DNA of 64,000 nt from Harriotta raleighana (lineage: Eukaryota): contig JBNZDD010013732.1 of assembly GCA_050575255.1 (NCBI GenBank), positions 12,511,776 through 12,575,775 on the forward strand, read 5' to 3'. Each line of letters starts with the position of its first letter. The stretch's first letter is position 1. Position numbers and translations under genes: made by a program. Under the pieces are notes generated by a model. It had not been told where the DNA came from and did not search any database. It was given only the letters and a program-made list of their open reading frames with translations. Of the stretch, positions 41,305 through 54,477 are shown piece by piece.

Positions 41305-41622
41305 CATTCCAACGGGGGGAAAATTACACATATTGCTGGATGTTTAAGGGCTTGTTTATGGCATGACGGCCTATTTGCAACAATAATAAAAACATGCATC
41401 TATATAGTGAATGCAGTATGCTGTATAGTGTTTCTGAGCACACAGAGAGCACACAATGTTCATTATCTCCAAGGTCAAGTTTTGTCCTTCTTCCTCACCA
41501 CACCTTCTATCCCACACTATTTTGATGGGACTATTCTCACAGTGGGCAGAGTCAAAACTTGTACCGTACATGTTTCAGCATTTCCAAGTAATGGTACAAA
41601 AAGGAAAACTCAGGTTCAGTGA
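41305..41622 (+). pseudogene. Degenerate C-terminal EGF-like repeats
   Basis: ORF 41257..41622 contains NGGKITHIAGCLRACLWHDGLF (EGF spacing NGGxCxxxxxCxCxxxWxGxxC with several Cys/Gly codons mutated), then AVC..FLS..HYLQG, and ends KRKT. Confidence 0.45.
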
Positions 41623-42604
41623 CACATTGCTGTCTCATTGTCTCAAACATTCCCTCACTTGCATTTGGGTGAAAGATTTTTCAATAAAGCATAAACTGGC
41701 ATATTTTACTGCATTCTTAACAGATTCTAGAAAATTCACTGATAGCAACAGCAAATTTCATTAGTATAGCATCTTCACATCAGGGGTACAGTTGAAAACA
41801 ATACATGGTACATTTTCACACTACTTCAGTTGACATGAATAAACCTCCATGTGCTTTTTCACTTTGCGATAGCTCACTGATTCCTTAAATACTCCTTAAC
41901 ACATGCTTAACAACCTGTACTGAACAAGTAACTCACCTAACCAAAGTTACCCTATGAATAAATAAATTGTGGAATAGAAGTAGCTGTAATCATTTTCTTT
42001 TTATTAATGAAACTGAAAATGGCTTCTCGCACATTTGCTAAGTAAATTGTCCCTTATGAGAATTTGGATGTTATTGCATAGTGTATACACAACCCAAATC
42101 AGTTATTTAAGCAATTTCTGTATCTGTCATTAGATTTTGATCCCAAACACTAGGTTTATTTGAGAGACGGGCAGTGGAAAAGGTTAAGCGTTCTGAGAAG
42201 TCGTTCGGCGCGGAGGGCGCTAAATAAATCAAAGTTGTTGTTGTTGTGTTGCAGGAGACGCTGAGGGAGAACCTGTTATTCTTTGGAAACAGCTTTGATC
42301 TGTTGCTGTCATTGAAGGTTACTCTTAATGTCTAAGAAATATGAACAAAAATAATGAATAATCCTTGCATTCCATATAGCATCTCATTCATGTCATCAAA
42401 ATGGTTCAGAATGTATCACAGGATTTACTGCAAAGTTTGGTGATTACTGGGTAATTTGTATGAATACAGCAGCCAATTTGTGCACGATAACGTGAATGGA
42501 TTTATCTGGCTGATTGTTGGGCAGGATGCCTGGATAAACTCCTTTTTCTTTTCAAACAGTGTCATGTGATCTTTAACCAGAACAGAAAGATGGGATGTGG
42601 TTTA

Positions 42605-43160
42605 ACAACAAAATCACACTTGTCTAGTGCCTTTCACATCAGGAGAAAGTGCAAGGTGCTGGATAGTCATTGTTTCACACCCGATCGCGGATGGCAAGGG
42701 TGGAGGGAAAGCGGGGGATTTGGAGTGACCGATGGATGTGGGGGAGGAAAGACAGTTGAGGATCAAACAAGACACCTAGATTCCTGGCTGGCTTGGTCAG
42801 GTTAAGTGTGCAATCATGGAGGTTGATGCTGTCAAGGTTCCTCTGTCATGAAACCAATCAGGATGGCCTTGGTCTTGTTGACATTCAACTGTAGAAAGTT
42901 AGCTCTCATCCAGGACTTGATGTCCGACAGGCAGTCTGTCAGGACAGTAGTAGTCCTGGAGTCAAGGGTAGAGGCAGAAAGATAGAGGATAACATGACAG
43001 AAGGATAACATATTATTCAAAGGACAGCATCCCCAACAATGCTGCATTGCACCGGACTCTGTAAGCCTTGGACTATGTGAGCTCAAACTTCCAAAGTGGG
43101 GCTTGAACTCACAACTTTTTGGACTCAGAAGCGAGAGTGCTACCAAATGAGCCAGGCTAT
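42605..43160 (-). mobile_element. L2 fragments plus the head of an old SINE
   Basis: LYLSASTLDSRTT..WMRANFLQLN (ORF 42832..43173). SINE head at 43090-43160. Confidence 0.8.
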
Positions 43161-44134
43161 CACCTACAATCATTTGCCTGTGGACAATGAATGCAAATGT
43201 ACTTTAAATAAAATAGATGCGAGCATTTAGCACCTATCCTAACACTAATCTATTGCAGATGCTCGCATTATTTTACTGATGAATATGAGCCACGGGACAC
43301 AACTACCTTGGAGTGCTGGCAGCGAGACAGAGGAGGAGACACCCTGAAATGCCACTCACCAAAGTTCATTTAAACGCCGGCCAATTAAGTTTTTTCTGTT
43401 TTGTTTCTCCATTATTGAAGCAACATGCATTACCTTAGCCAGATAACATTCTATTCCTCTGGCATATCTTCACGCAATGCTGCATGCAAAAGGCAAAATT
43501 TTCATGTTAAACAGGACTCTCATTAAAAGTAGAATACTTCACACCAGGCAGAAGCACTTACAGATTCCCTGAAAGCCACATTCGATGTAGAGAATATGTC
43601 AAGACAGTAAGTAATGCTTTGCACAGGCTGCATGCATTTCTCTCTCTGCACTCTTTATAAACTGCTTGGAAGGAAACACTCAGGAAATGAAGCTGTTGTA
43701 AAATATTAACAATATTGAGTGTGGGCATAATTCCATTTTAATACATTATGATAAACACTGATCAACTGCGTATTCTTTAAAAAGCACTCAAGTCTCAGGA
43801 TCAAAACCGGATTGCATTAAATAATCAGAACATCATGGCAGAATGCTGCAACTTTAAATTATATATGCAAAGTCAATTCCGCTTAAAATACCTGATGAGA
43901 GGAAATTTAAATGTGTGAGCAGAAACATCCTTCCACCTGCCATTGGATTTTTTTTAAGCGACTAATTGAGGATTTCAGAAGCCACGTTCCTGTTTAAACA
44001 CAAGAGCAGTTTCATCAACAGAAATTCTACATTTTACCTCGGAGGGTGAGAAATCGACCGAAGTTCCTGATTCCATTGCGCCATTAGGGAACTCCTGCTG
44101 GAAAGTGAACATAGAGCAGGGTAAGATCTGTTCA

Positions 44135-44482
44135 TATCCTCGCCATCTCTGCAACTTACTAAAACTTCACCAACCTGTCCAATCCCTCTGCTCAGTGGGC
44201 CTGCTTTATATGCCCCTCCCTGCCAGCTCCAGCATCAGCAGTCGGGCCTTCAGCGTTTCTCCCCTCACCCTCTGGAACTCCATTCTGGAGTCACTCCACC
44301 TTGACCTCTCCCTGCCTCCTTCAAGGCTTGACCTTTCTCTTCGACTGTCCCTTTGGTCATCTTCCTACCTCCATTCCCCTTGCGCTCCACCCCTCTTGAA
44401 TTTAGCACCCAGCTCAGGTGCAATGCCCCAAGACGTCCTGTTGACATGAAAGGCAACTATACAAAAACAATTTGGTGTTGTT
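44135..44482 (+). mobile_element. L2 3' fragment
   Basis: RAFS..PLTLWNS and L2 tail. Confidence 0.8.
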
Positions 44483-45254
44483 AAATGGCTTAGAAAGAAA
44501 TCCAGCCATCTCTGAAGAATTTTAAGTGCTCCTGAGCGCTACCCTGTGTGAGAGTGCTATATAAATTCAAGTTGTTGAAGTTGTTNGGACGTCCTGTTGA
44601 CATGAAAGGCATTATACAAAAACAATTTGGTGTTGTTAAATGGTTTAGAAAGAAATCCAGCCATCTCTGAAGAATTTTAAGTGCTCCTGGGCGCTACCCT
44701 GTGTGAGAGTGCTATATAAATTCAAGTTGTTGAAGTTGTTGTTTCAACTCAGTGCAAGCCACAGTATTCAGGATGTGTGTGATTAAAACTAGCCAAACAA
44801 AAAGGTACTGAATTAAACACATAAACAAGCTTTAGAAAGTGTCATTGTGAAAAATATTTATAGCGTTCAAAAATATATGTAAAAAGCGCTCCAGCACTGC
44901 CTCTGGTGCAATCTATTCATAAAATCGAACAGAAATACCTCCTTACCTAAATACTGTGACTTTCATTTTACATCAATGCCCAGAAGTATTTGATTAATGA
45001 ATCAGAACATTTTAATCTGCCTCACTTGTGCTTACACTGCATGGTATACATTGTAATACCTGGAGTTGACTGCTCGTCATAAATAATAGAGAAAATGTAA
45101 ATACAACAGCTTTGATCAGACTTGTTTCTGAGGTGTATAAGCTTTCAAAATCTTGTGAATACATAACCGAGTAAACAGCACCAATAATAAAATTAATTTA
45201 GTAGGCTGTGATTTCAAGATCCTTCACAGATGACGCTAGATTGCTGATAGAACA

Positions 45255-45575
45255 CTGCATTGTTGGCGATGCTGTCCTTCACATGAGACATTAACCTGAA
45301 GTCTGCTTGTTCAGGTGGATGGTAAACATCCCACGGCACTATTCAAAAAGAGAAGAGAGTTTCTCCGAATGTTCTGGCCAATAATCCCTCAGATATAATC
45401 ACTTATTCATTCCTGTTTGTGGGAAATTGCTATGGACAAATTGGCTGCCTTTTTCTATCCCTTTCTATCCCTTTCTAAAGTCACCACACTTTACAGAAAA
45501 TCCTGAGAATATGCTTTGAGAGTACCGTATTGAATGATGTGATAAGGTGCTAAATTAAGTGCAAGCAGTATCATT
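45255..45575 (+). mobile_element. Old Deu-domain SINE
   Basis: Deu core and tail. Confidence 0.75.
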
Positions 45576-45747
45576 TATTATTAGCTCATCAGAAATTCAC
45601 CACCACCACAAAATTCACAGGAGCAATAAATGTAATTTTTCACAATTACATTATTTGTAATGCAAGTCTAATATTTCTATATCACCGACAAATAACTCAA
45701 TGGTAAGCTATACGTCTTATTAGCAGTTTGGACTCCAGCAGGAACTC

Positions 45748-46420
45748 CAACAACAACAACAAATTACATTTACTTAGTGACGTTCATACGGGGGGGGGGG
45801 ACATCCTAAGGCGCTGGAACATGAAGGATTTGGAACCCCGAGCTGGAGTTTGGAAATAAGAGTGGTGGAAAGCAAGAACGGTGGAGGTGAGAAGATGTCC
45901 GAAGGCACTGTCAAAAAGGGAGGTCTTGAGAAGGACCTTGTAGGATGCACAATGGAGGAGTTCTGGATAGAGTTCCAGAGGATGGGGCAAAAAGGCTGAG
46001 CAGGCAGGGCGGGAAGATTGGTACATGGTGCAGGCCAATACCAGCCAAGGGAGGGAGCAACAACAACAACAACAACTTATTTCGCGCCCTCCACGCCGGA
46101 CGGTGTCTCAGAGCGCTTCGCAATAATGGATCCCGGGCCCGAGCCATGGGCAGGGGGAAAAAGGTGACCGAAGGAGCGGTCAAAAAGAAAGATCTTCAGC
46201 AGCTAGGTGGAGGGAGTTTTAATAGGTCGCAGAGGTAGGGAGTAGCAAGACTTTGGAGGGCTTTGAAGGTGAGGACGAGGATCTTGAATTCAAACCTCTG
46301 GGCAATGGGAAGAAATTGGGTGATCAGCTCACAGAGCTCATAGGGAAAGGACACAGGTGCAACGTTCTGAACAATCTACAGCCTATGAAGCGAAGAGGAA
46401 AGAGTGGGAAGGCACCACAT
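45748..46420 (-). mobile_element. Two adjacent or nested L2 3' fragments
   Basis: (CAA)n tails at 45748 and 46058 with L2 3' sequence. Confidence 0.8.
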
Positions 46421-47594
46421 AAAAATAAAGACTGCAACAAATCTATTGCCTCCTGTTGCTTCAATTTGGTTTTCCCAAACTGTACCGTTTGGTGTCAAAC
46501 GCTGTGTAAATCTTTGAAGTTCTAATTGGTTTCTGTTTTATTGTGTCCACGTGCGATATTGCACCAAATACGGGCCTCGCTGCTAATACCAACACAAGAA
46601 AGGAAAGAACAAAGTTTTGAATTTCCAGTTTCACATCACAAGAGCCCTTTTCATCATGGTAAATAGGAAGAACAATGGATTCTGAAAACATCAGTACAGT
46701 ATCATTACTGTGTACTGTTATCAAAAATCACAATTATGGAAATTATACCTGACATATCAAACACTATTGGTGAAATCAATAAGACTCTTTGCTTTTTTCC
46801 TCCCTTGAGCCTTACTTTATTAACGAGTTTGTCAGATATAAAAGAGTATTTGTAGGACTAAAATGTCATTTATCTGACAGCCATTTTTTTGGATTGGTTT
46901 GATAACTTGTGCAAGACATTCTTTCGCTATAAGCATCAATTTAAACTATGTACTAGAGACTTTTACCCTAATGGTTTATACTGAACATGGGCAAAGCATT
47001 ATAATGTGGTCCAAAGTGAGAGTAATATAGTAATAATCCTTGAATTTGATATAGTGTCTTATTAGATTGTTAAGATAGCTAAAGTGCTTCACATATTTAA
47101 ATAATAATATAAATAGTAATAATCCCTGCATTTGACAAAGCACTTTTAAAGTCTTCTGGATGTTTTAATTTACTGTAAAGTGTACTGACTATATGTTTTG
47201 CAGTGGAAAGCGACAGCCACTCAGTGCGATAATATTCTACAAACAGCAAATAAATAATTGAACAATTATATCTGGAGGATTATTGATCAAGACTGCATTC
47301 TTTTTTCGAATAATGCCATGGGATACAGTCCACCTGAACAGACTGGACGTTGGTTTAATGTCCCATAATAATCCTTGCATTTGATATAGCACCTTATCAG
47401 ATCGTTGAGACAACAAGTTATATTAGTATAATGAGAGCGCTTCAAGGGATTATTATCAGGCATTATCAGGCCTGTGGAATAAGGAAATTTACCCAAGGTT
47501 TTTTCTTGTCTGGAATCCATGTCTCTTGCTTGCAAGGCGTGTGCTCTAACTACTGAGCTACAGGACGACAGGACAGGCGTCAAAGTGCTTCATA

Positions 47595-48100
47595 GAATAT
47601 AAACAGGCCACAAACTCTATAAATTCATGGCTGATCATCCAATTATATGTCCCTGCCCTGTATCCCTTAATACCCTGACCTAACAAATAGCTATCCACCC
47701 CAGTCTTGAAATTGAGAATGGATACAAAATCCACTGCTTTTTGGGGGAAGAGTTCCAGATTCCCAATACCCTTTGGGTGGAAAAACTGCCTCCTAATTTC
47801 ATTCCTAAATAGCCTAGCTCTAATTTTAATATAATGCCTCTTTGTTCTGGATTCTCCTACGAGAGGAAATAGTTTCTCTATAACTACCCTATTGAATCCC
47901 TTTATTATTTTAAATATCTCAATCAGATCTCCTCTCAACCTTCTAAACTCAAGGAAATTATACAACCTGTTCTCATAAATTTAACCCTTTAAGCCATGAT
48001 CATTATGCAATGCATATATATCCAAGGCCAATAAAGGTATATCCTTCCAGATTTTAGTGCTCAAACTGAACACAGTACTCCAGAAGAGCTTTAACCAATA
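47595..48100 (-). mobile_element. CR1 3' fragment
   Basis: LEFRRLRGDLIEIFKIIKGF..LFPLVGESRT (ORF 47558..47965). Confidence 0.92.
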
Positions 48101-48183
48101 CTACAGTACTATCAATAATAATCCTTGCATTTGATATAGCGCATTTCACATCTTATCGACATCTCAAAGTGCTTCAGAGAATA

Positions 48184-48562
48184 CAGTAAAACCTTGTTTA
48201 TCCGGCACGGCCAGGGGGGAGGTCGACTAATTGACGGAGCCAGATAAACGAGGGAGAAGTCGCTGAAAACCCAACATAAAAATTTAACTTATTTTAAAAC
48301 ATACCATGTTAATAATACACTACATAGTAACAGAATATTGTATGGATACTTACCAACAAAGCATTCTAGCAGAGTCGGTAAAAAATCGGTAACGCTGCAT
48401 TTTTTACCGATTGGTATAAAACCTAAGTGCGTAAATTTACTAAGTGTGCATGCGCAAAGTGAGCAAACTCGTGATTCTGGAATAGGGAATTGTCCCAGGA
48501 GGGGGTCGAGCAATTGAATCGAGTCACGTTTGATTGGGTCACGGATAAACGAGGTTTTACTG
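48184..48562. mobile_element. pogo/Tigger-like MITE inserted in a SINE (host 48115-48670)
   Basis: TIRs CAGTAAAACCTTGTTTATCCG / CGGATAAACGAGGTTTTACTG. The host reads gagaaTA[element]TAtcctgtaaag. Confidence 0.92.
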
Positions 48563-51500
48563 TATCCTGTAAAGAGAATCTACTGTATATTTGTGGGCGA
48601 AATGCGGCAGCCAATTGCGCACAGCAATGTCCCACAAACAGTCATGGATTGAAATGACCATTTTTAATTATTTTTAAAAATTATTTATTATTTATAATGA
48701 TTCTGGAGGGATAAGTTTCAATCCAGTGTTTGAAACTCATTAAGCTTTGAATTTTCAGTCATGATTTGATATTATTTACATTTACATTTTTACCAAGACT
48801 CTATAATTGAGGATTTGCTCTTCTTTATATTCCAGACCACTTGAGATAAAGAACCAGCATCCTGTTAGTCTTTCTGAATCCTTTTTGTATGTATGAGCTT
48901 GTTTTTAGTGATTTGTGTACATGAATACCCAGTCCCTTTGCTCTTCCACAGTTCTTAGTTTCACATCATTTAGAAAACAATTTATTACTCTTTTTGGGTC
49001 TTCACCACACTTCCGCACATCGAATTCCATCTGTCACAGTTTTGCCCACTCACGTACTTTGTCTAAATCCCATTGTAAAGAAACTGGATCGATACCTAAA
49101 GAGGAACAATTTGAAGTGGTATGGGAGAAAATGGAATTGAATAGGTTGCTCTCAAAAAGCCAGTACAGACTCGGTGAGCTGCATGACTTTCTTCTGTGCT
49201 GTAAATATCTTTGGTTAAACTGAGTTAAACTATCCAATATGTTGACAAAATAACCATTCTTCAGGTATATGGCTAAACAGTGAACATTATTCAATCTCAC
49301 CTGACAACACACACGTATCCTTTCCAGCAGATGTCACTGGATAGCAATCAAGTGCAAGAACTCAATATTCTCCCCTCCCTCAGGGGTTCAAAATAAAAAT
49401 TTCATTTCCTTTCCCGCTGCCCCTGTGGAGATCGAAAAAAATGTTACATATAGAAAAGACTTGGTAAGTAGTTCAAGCTAGAGCAAAGCCCTGACCAGTT
49501 TCCAAACTTTGCACTAGACAGAACAATGTCAGTGTGTCTTTAAGCTGTGTTAAAAATGAGTTGATCTGAAAATAGTTCCCACGCAACCTAGAATATAGGA
49601 TAGGAACCAAAGGACTGTGAGGTTCTGACAACAGGCAAGAAGATGTTAGCCTCCGGTGATGGTTCCAGGATCAAAGGTTTTTTTAATATTTTCTTCCAGG
49701 GTTTTTTTCTTGGACAATTAATTTTATTAATTGGATTTGTGCAACCAAATGAGATTGCCCAGGGTCATAAGCAAGGACTGAGTATCAGGGGGAGGGATGA
49801 GGCAAATAGCTCAGGCAATGCCCCGATGCCTGAATCTAATAGAAGTTATTATGTCTGGGATGCCCAAATCTTAATGTGTTAGCAATTTTTGCACTCTTCT
49901 AGGCCTTCCTCACGAAAAAGCACTAGAAGTCAAAGGTTGCAACACTGCTAAAAAAAAAGAAAAATAATAGAATATTTTATAATGGTTCTCACATTACCGG
50001 ATGGGAACGCCTCAGCTTTCTGGAAAATCACAGTAATGTAAATACTGTATTATAGATACAAACTTCTGCTTAGTCTTTGCCTATAAGACAATTTCATCTT
50101 AGAAATGAAGACACCAAACAATTGTGGGAAATGAAATAAATTCTTCCATTTGATATAACTCCTCCCAGGTCAGGAGGCCATCTCAAGTTGATTCATGGGA
50201 TTTATTATAAAGTGTAGTGACTGTGTATTATGTAGGTAAATACAGAAATAGTTACATTCTGTCTTAATTTAGAAGCTAATTCTTTCTAGGAATTGGGAAT
50301 CAAATAGTGCACAACTTAACAACAACAACAAAACTACATGTATGCTTTGCCTTTCATGTCGAGAGGTAAAGCAGAGGGTAAGAATTTTTCACATTCTGCA
50401 TCATCCGAACTTTGAGAACAACAAAATTGTCTTCACAGGCTAAGACTAGGTGAAATTTCAGGCTTTACATTGTAACAAGTGTGTATGACCCTTTTGCATT
50501 CAATGCACAGACTTTAATCAAATTATGTTCCCTAGTTGCATCTTTACTAGAATGCAACACTAAGGTTAATAATGATTTGTCCAAAACTACAAATAAAATA
50601 GAAACACTTCCCAGATATCACAAACATTTCAAGTGGGAAAAAAATTGTACACAGCTTCAACTCAGAATTCACAAAAGATTATTTAATAAAAGATCCACAT
50701 ACTAACACTTCACAATCAATCTTAATTGCAACCAATAAACTTTTTGCTGTGATTTTTTATCTGCTTCCCGACGTGAAAGGCGCTCTATAAATGTAATTTT
50801 GTTGTTGTTGCTTCATTTAACAATTGCAAGCACCAGAATTCCTATCAGTTGTAAACTTTGAATATTTACTTTAATATTTTGTGTTCAAGACCCACATCAA
50901 GCTTTGAACTCATAAAGTCTAGGTTAACACTGCATTGCGGTGCTGGAGATATACTGCATTGTCAAATGTGCTGTCCTTCAGATGGGACATTAAACTGACG
51001 TACCATCAGCCTGAGCAAGTGAAAGTTAAAAATTCCATGATACTATCCGAAAAGAGAATTTTCTCTGTGGACGTTCAATTTGTGGGATATTTCTGAGACA
51101 TTGCTGATGAAACTGGTGGCCTCATTTTGCCTAGAAAATACAGTCACTAGACTTTACAGTGTGTCCCGTGAAGCACTTTGAGACGTCCTCTGACATGAAA
51201 TGTGCTGTATGAAATATAAGGATTATTATTATTATTATTATTTATTTAAATAAGTTTTAATTTAGGACTCTGCTTTCTGTAGTTAGAAGAATTTCTGGAC
51301 CCAGGCCTTGCATCTTCATTTGATCTGCCCTAGGACTTGCTTCTTCAATTTTGCCCTCTGGCTCTTGTTCCTCTGGAATTGCTAAAACGCTCCATTGAGA
51401 CCATCTGTTACTAACATGGCTTCAGGTATTTCTTGCTACTCAGTGGTCTCTGTCACTGGGAACACCACTCCAGATCAGGATTGGGTGATGTCATTGCTTG

Positions 51501-51707
51501 AGTTTGCGTTGAGATATTTGTTTAAAACTTTCAGTATTTCAGAATCCATTGTTCTCATTAGGTTTTAATATCTCCCTTTCTCAGCCATCATGCCTATGCT
51601 GTTCAGTGTGTAATTATAAAAAACAGTTACACCAGTTTACTGTATATTGTGTGAGGCACTTTGAGACATCTTGATGACATGAAAAGTTACTGTACAAAAT
51701 GCAAGCA

Positions 51708-52121
51708 CAGTAAATGCTTGTTTATCCGGCATCCAATCAAATCCAAACAACCGGAATCCTCAACCCACCAGTATCTCCCAATACAAGTCACCATTTCAGC
51801 AACCAGATCTCATAGCTGAGCCATCCGGGACACTCGCGGTATGCTCACTTTGAGCAGGCATGCGAATGCGCATTTATTAAACTTAACAAACGCTGAAATT
51901 TTTAATTTACCGAACATTTTACTGAGTGTGCTGGATTGCTTTATTGATAAATATCCATACAATATTCTGTTATTATTTAGTCTATTATTAAAATGGTATG
52001 TTTTAAAATAAGTTAATTTTTTTTGTAGGATTTTTGGCAACTTGCTGCTCGTCTATGTGGCATATTTGATTAACAGGCACAGGGCAGGTCCCAAGGGTGC
52101 TGGATAACAAAGCTTTTACTG
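51708..52121. mobile_element. pogo/Tigger-like MITE inserted in a SINE tail
   Basis: CAGTAAATGCTTGTTTATCC..GGATAACAAAGCTTTTACTG between aaatgcaag and the (ATT)n tail. Confidence 0.8.
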
Positions 52122-53197
52122 TATTATTAATATTATTACAATTGAATGAGAGTTTCAATCTTTCATTCCTCTTTACAGTTCTTCTATTGATGGTTTCTAA
52201 AGATTACACCCACTTATATTTCTTTCTCTGCTGACCATGGATCAGACTGATTTTACTCACCTTTGGAGCTGCTCTCAGTAAATTTCCCATTGCTTTTGTG
52301 TCAGAAAGTAACAGAAAGTACACTTTCCCATCATCTCCAGATCACAAAGACAAGGCTATAGAAAAAACCTTTTACCTAAAAAGACATTTAGTTCACAAAG
52401 CTCACGCCTTACACAACCATACAAAATAAACACCTAATCTCAGACATGACTCCACTTAATCTATCATGGAAGGAGGAAGAAAAAGGGCAAGTATTGTGTA
52501 GATATTCACACGGAAAATACACAGACTTACCCTCAAAATAATCCCAAGGGCAAATGTCTATTGAGATAGGATTCCATTTGGCTCTGATGGCTGATTCAAA
52601 TATTCTTATGTTGTAGCTACTGGGTTGTGACAGCATTAACTTTATTTGTCACAGTAGCTTACTCAGCTGCACCAGGCAAAATTTATATACATCCTCTAAT
52701 ATTGAAAATCTTGCACCAATTACAAGCACTGAACAATGTCTTTGAATTCTAAGTAGTGCCTCACGGCTTTCAAAAGTCCAAAGAAAACAGCAGTACCTTT
52801 AAAGTACTGCAAATATAAGAGGCTTTTAATCCTATTTAGTTTGAAACAGAAATCAAATTCTTTCACTATTTGCACAATATTTGCTCATTTTCAATTTTGT
52901 TTTTTTAAGAAAAGAAGCTCAGTGCAAGCGTATCACACCAGAACTGGTTCTGAAATCGATTCACATCATTACCTTGATGAAACAGGCCATTCGCATAAAT
53001 GGCAAATTGTCATCAAAATCTGACTGGATTTTCCTTTGCCTCTTGACTGGATATAATTCCTTTCTAGCCTCAGTAAGATATACAAATCAGTTATCTAGAG
53101 GGCATTAGTCTTTTGTGAATAAGCACACAAGGTTCATCTCACGTTATTGGCATTACTTCAACATTCTAATGTGTAATTCAAGAAACAGTGCAATTCA

Positions 53198-53642
53198 ATC
53201 TGGCTCAGTGGCAGCATTCTTGCGTCTGACTCGGAAGGCTGTAGGTTCAAACCTCACATTGGAGCATTGAACTCACACAGTTTAAGCTTGCCACTTAAAA
53301 GCAATGTTGTGGGTGTTTTGCATTGCCGGAAGTCCTGGTCTTCAGATGAGATGTTAAAACGAGGCACTATCTGTCTTTTCATGTAGTGCTAGACATCCCA
53401 CGGCAGTATTTGAAAAGAGAAGGGAGTTTCTCCGGGTGTCCCGGTCAACAATACCCATGAAAAATTTAGTCATTCACTTCATACTTGTTTGTGGAACATT
53501 GTTGTGTGCAAATCGACTGCTACATTTACCAACACAAGGCAAATCATGACTCTTTAGTTTACAGTATGTCCTGTGTTGCGCTTTGAGACATCCTTCCGAA
53601 GTGGAAGGCATTATTATTAGATGCAAGGAATATTATCATTAT
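53198..53642 (+). mobile_element. Old full-length Deu-domain SINE
   Basis: tRNA-like head, Deu core and tail. Confidence 0.8.
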
Positions 53643-54477
53643 TACACTGGCTAGTTATTGACATGTGTTCAAGTTCCAATATGTTTGACATTTTAAATTT
53701 GATAGCTGCATAATTCCTTCCAACAATTGGCTGGGGATGGGCGGTAAGGCCTTCAGGAAACAAACCACTTTGTCTGGGAACTCAAGTTAAATGAATCTGA
53801 ACCACTTACATAAGTAGACAAGATGTAAAGTCTGACTCGAATGGAGCAATCATGACCCTACCCCATCTCAAGCGTTTTCATCCTGAGATGGGAACTCACT
53901 ACAAGCATTGATTGTATCAGAGTGGAGTTCCCGGGGTCAGCACAACATAGTTTTTACTGCTGAAAGGAGTTCTCTTTGCAGTGGGTCCCGGATTCTTTAT
54001 TAAGAATAGTCATCAAGAAATACTGCAAATTGGATCTCCCTCTCTTCCCCTCCAAACATAAAATAGCAGATATATCTCAAAGCTTCATTTAATGACAGGA
54101 AACTGACAAGATTCAAGAGATAGTCAAGCCCCTTTCTAAACTCTAAAATCAATTCTTCCTGACTGCAATTGAGATCTAATGTACTATATTACACTCACTG
54201 CCTCCCATTTAACAAAAGCTGTGAATATTGATATCTGGCTTCCAGTATTGTTAGATAATCTAGAATCTGAAAAATGGAGAGTTCCAATCCAATATAGTCT
54301 TTTTCCAAACCATCAATAATGCATAAGAGATGTGTCCTTTCCAAACCAATGGATCCTTTCTGAAATTTTAATGACTTATTTATATTGTGTTTTGGGGCTG
54401 TTTCAATGCTAAAAGCACGGTATGGTTCAGATATATGGTTCACCATCTCTAAGCAAATTGGGCTAGAGACCATCTGT

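Larger units (their letters stand above)
26170..41622 (+). pseudogene. SVEP1: Highly decayed SVEP1/polydom-like pseudogene (probable ancient retrocopy) interrupted by TEs
   Basis: Manual 3-frame translation gives frameshifted motifs in SVEP1 order: vWA (26191-26509), LASALHK..CSY, GLQ-YD and PCHPQT (26771-27086), 3 sushi (27982-28347), HYR-like (28372-28480), EGF-like (29360-29540), sushi arrays (30270-30800, 34006-35140, 36915-37095, 38440-38600, 40485-40687), terminal EGFs (41305-41622). Many stops and frameshifts. Compared with recalled SVEP1 sequence, not a database search. Confidence 0.65.

Noticed and set aside
44432-44740. Tandem duplication of about 154 bp
   Set aside because: Joined at a single N (44586), so most likely an assembly overlap.
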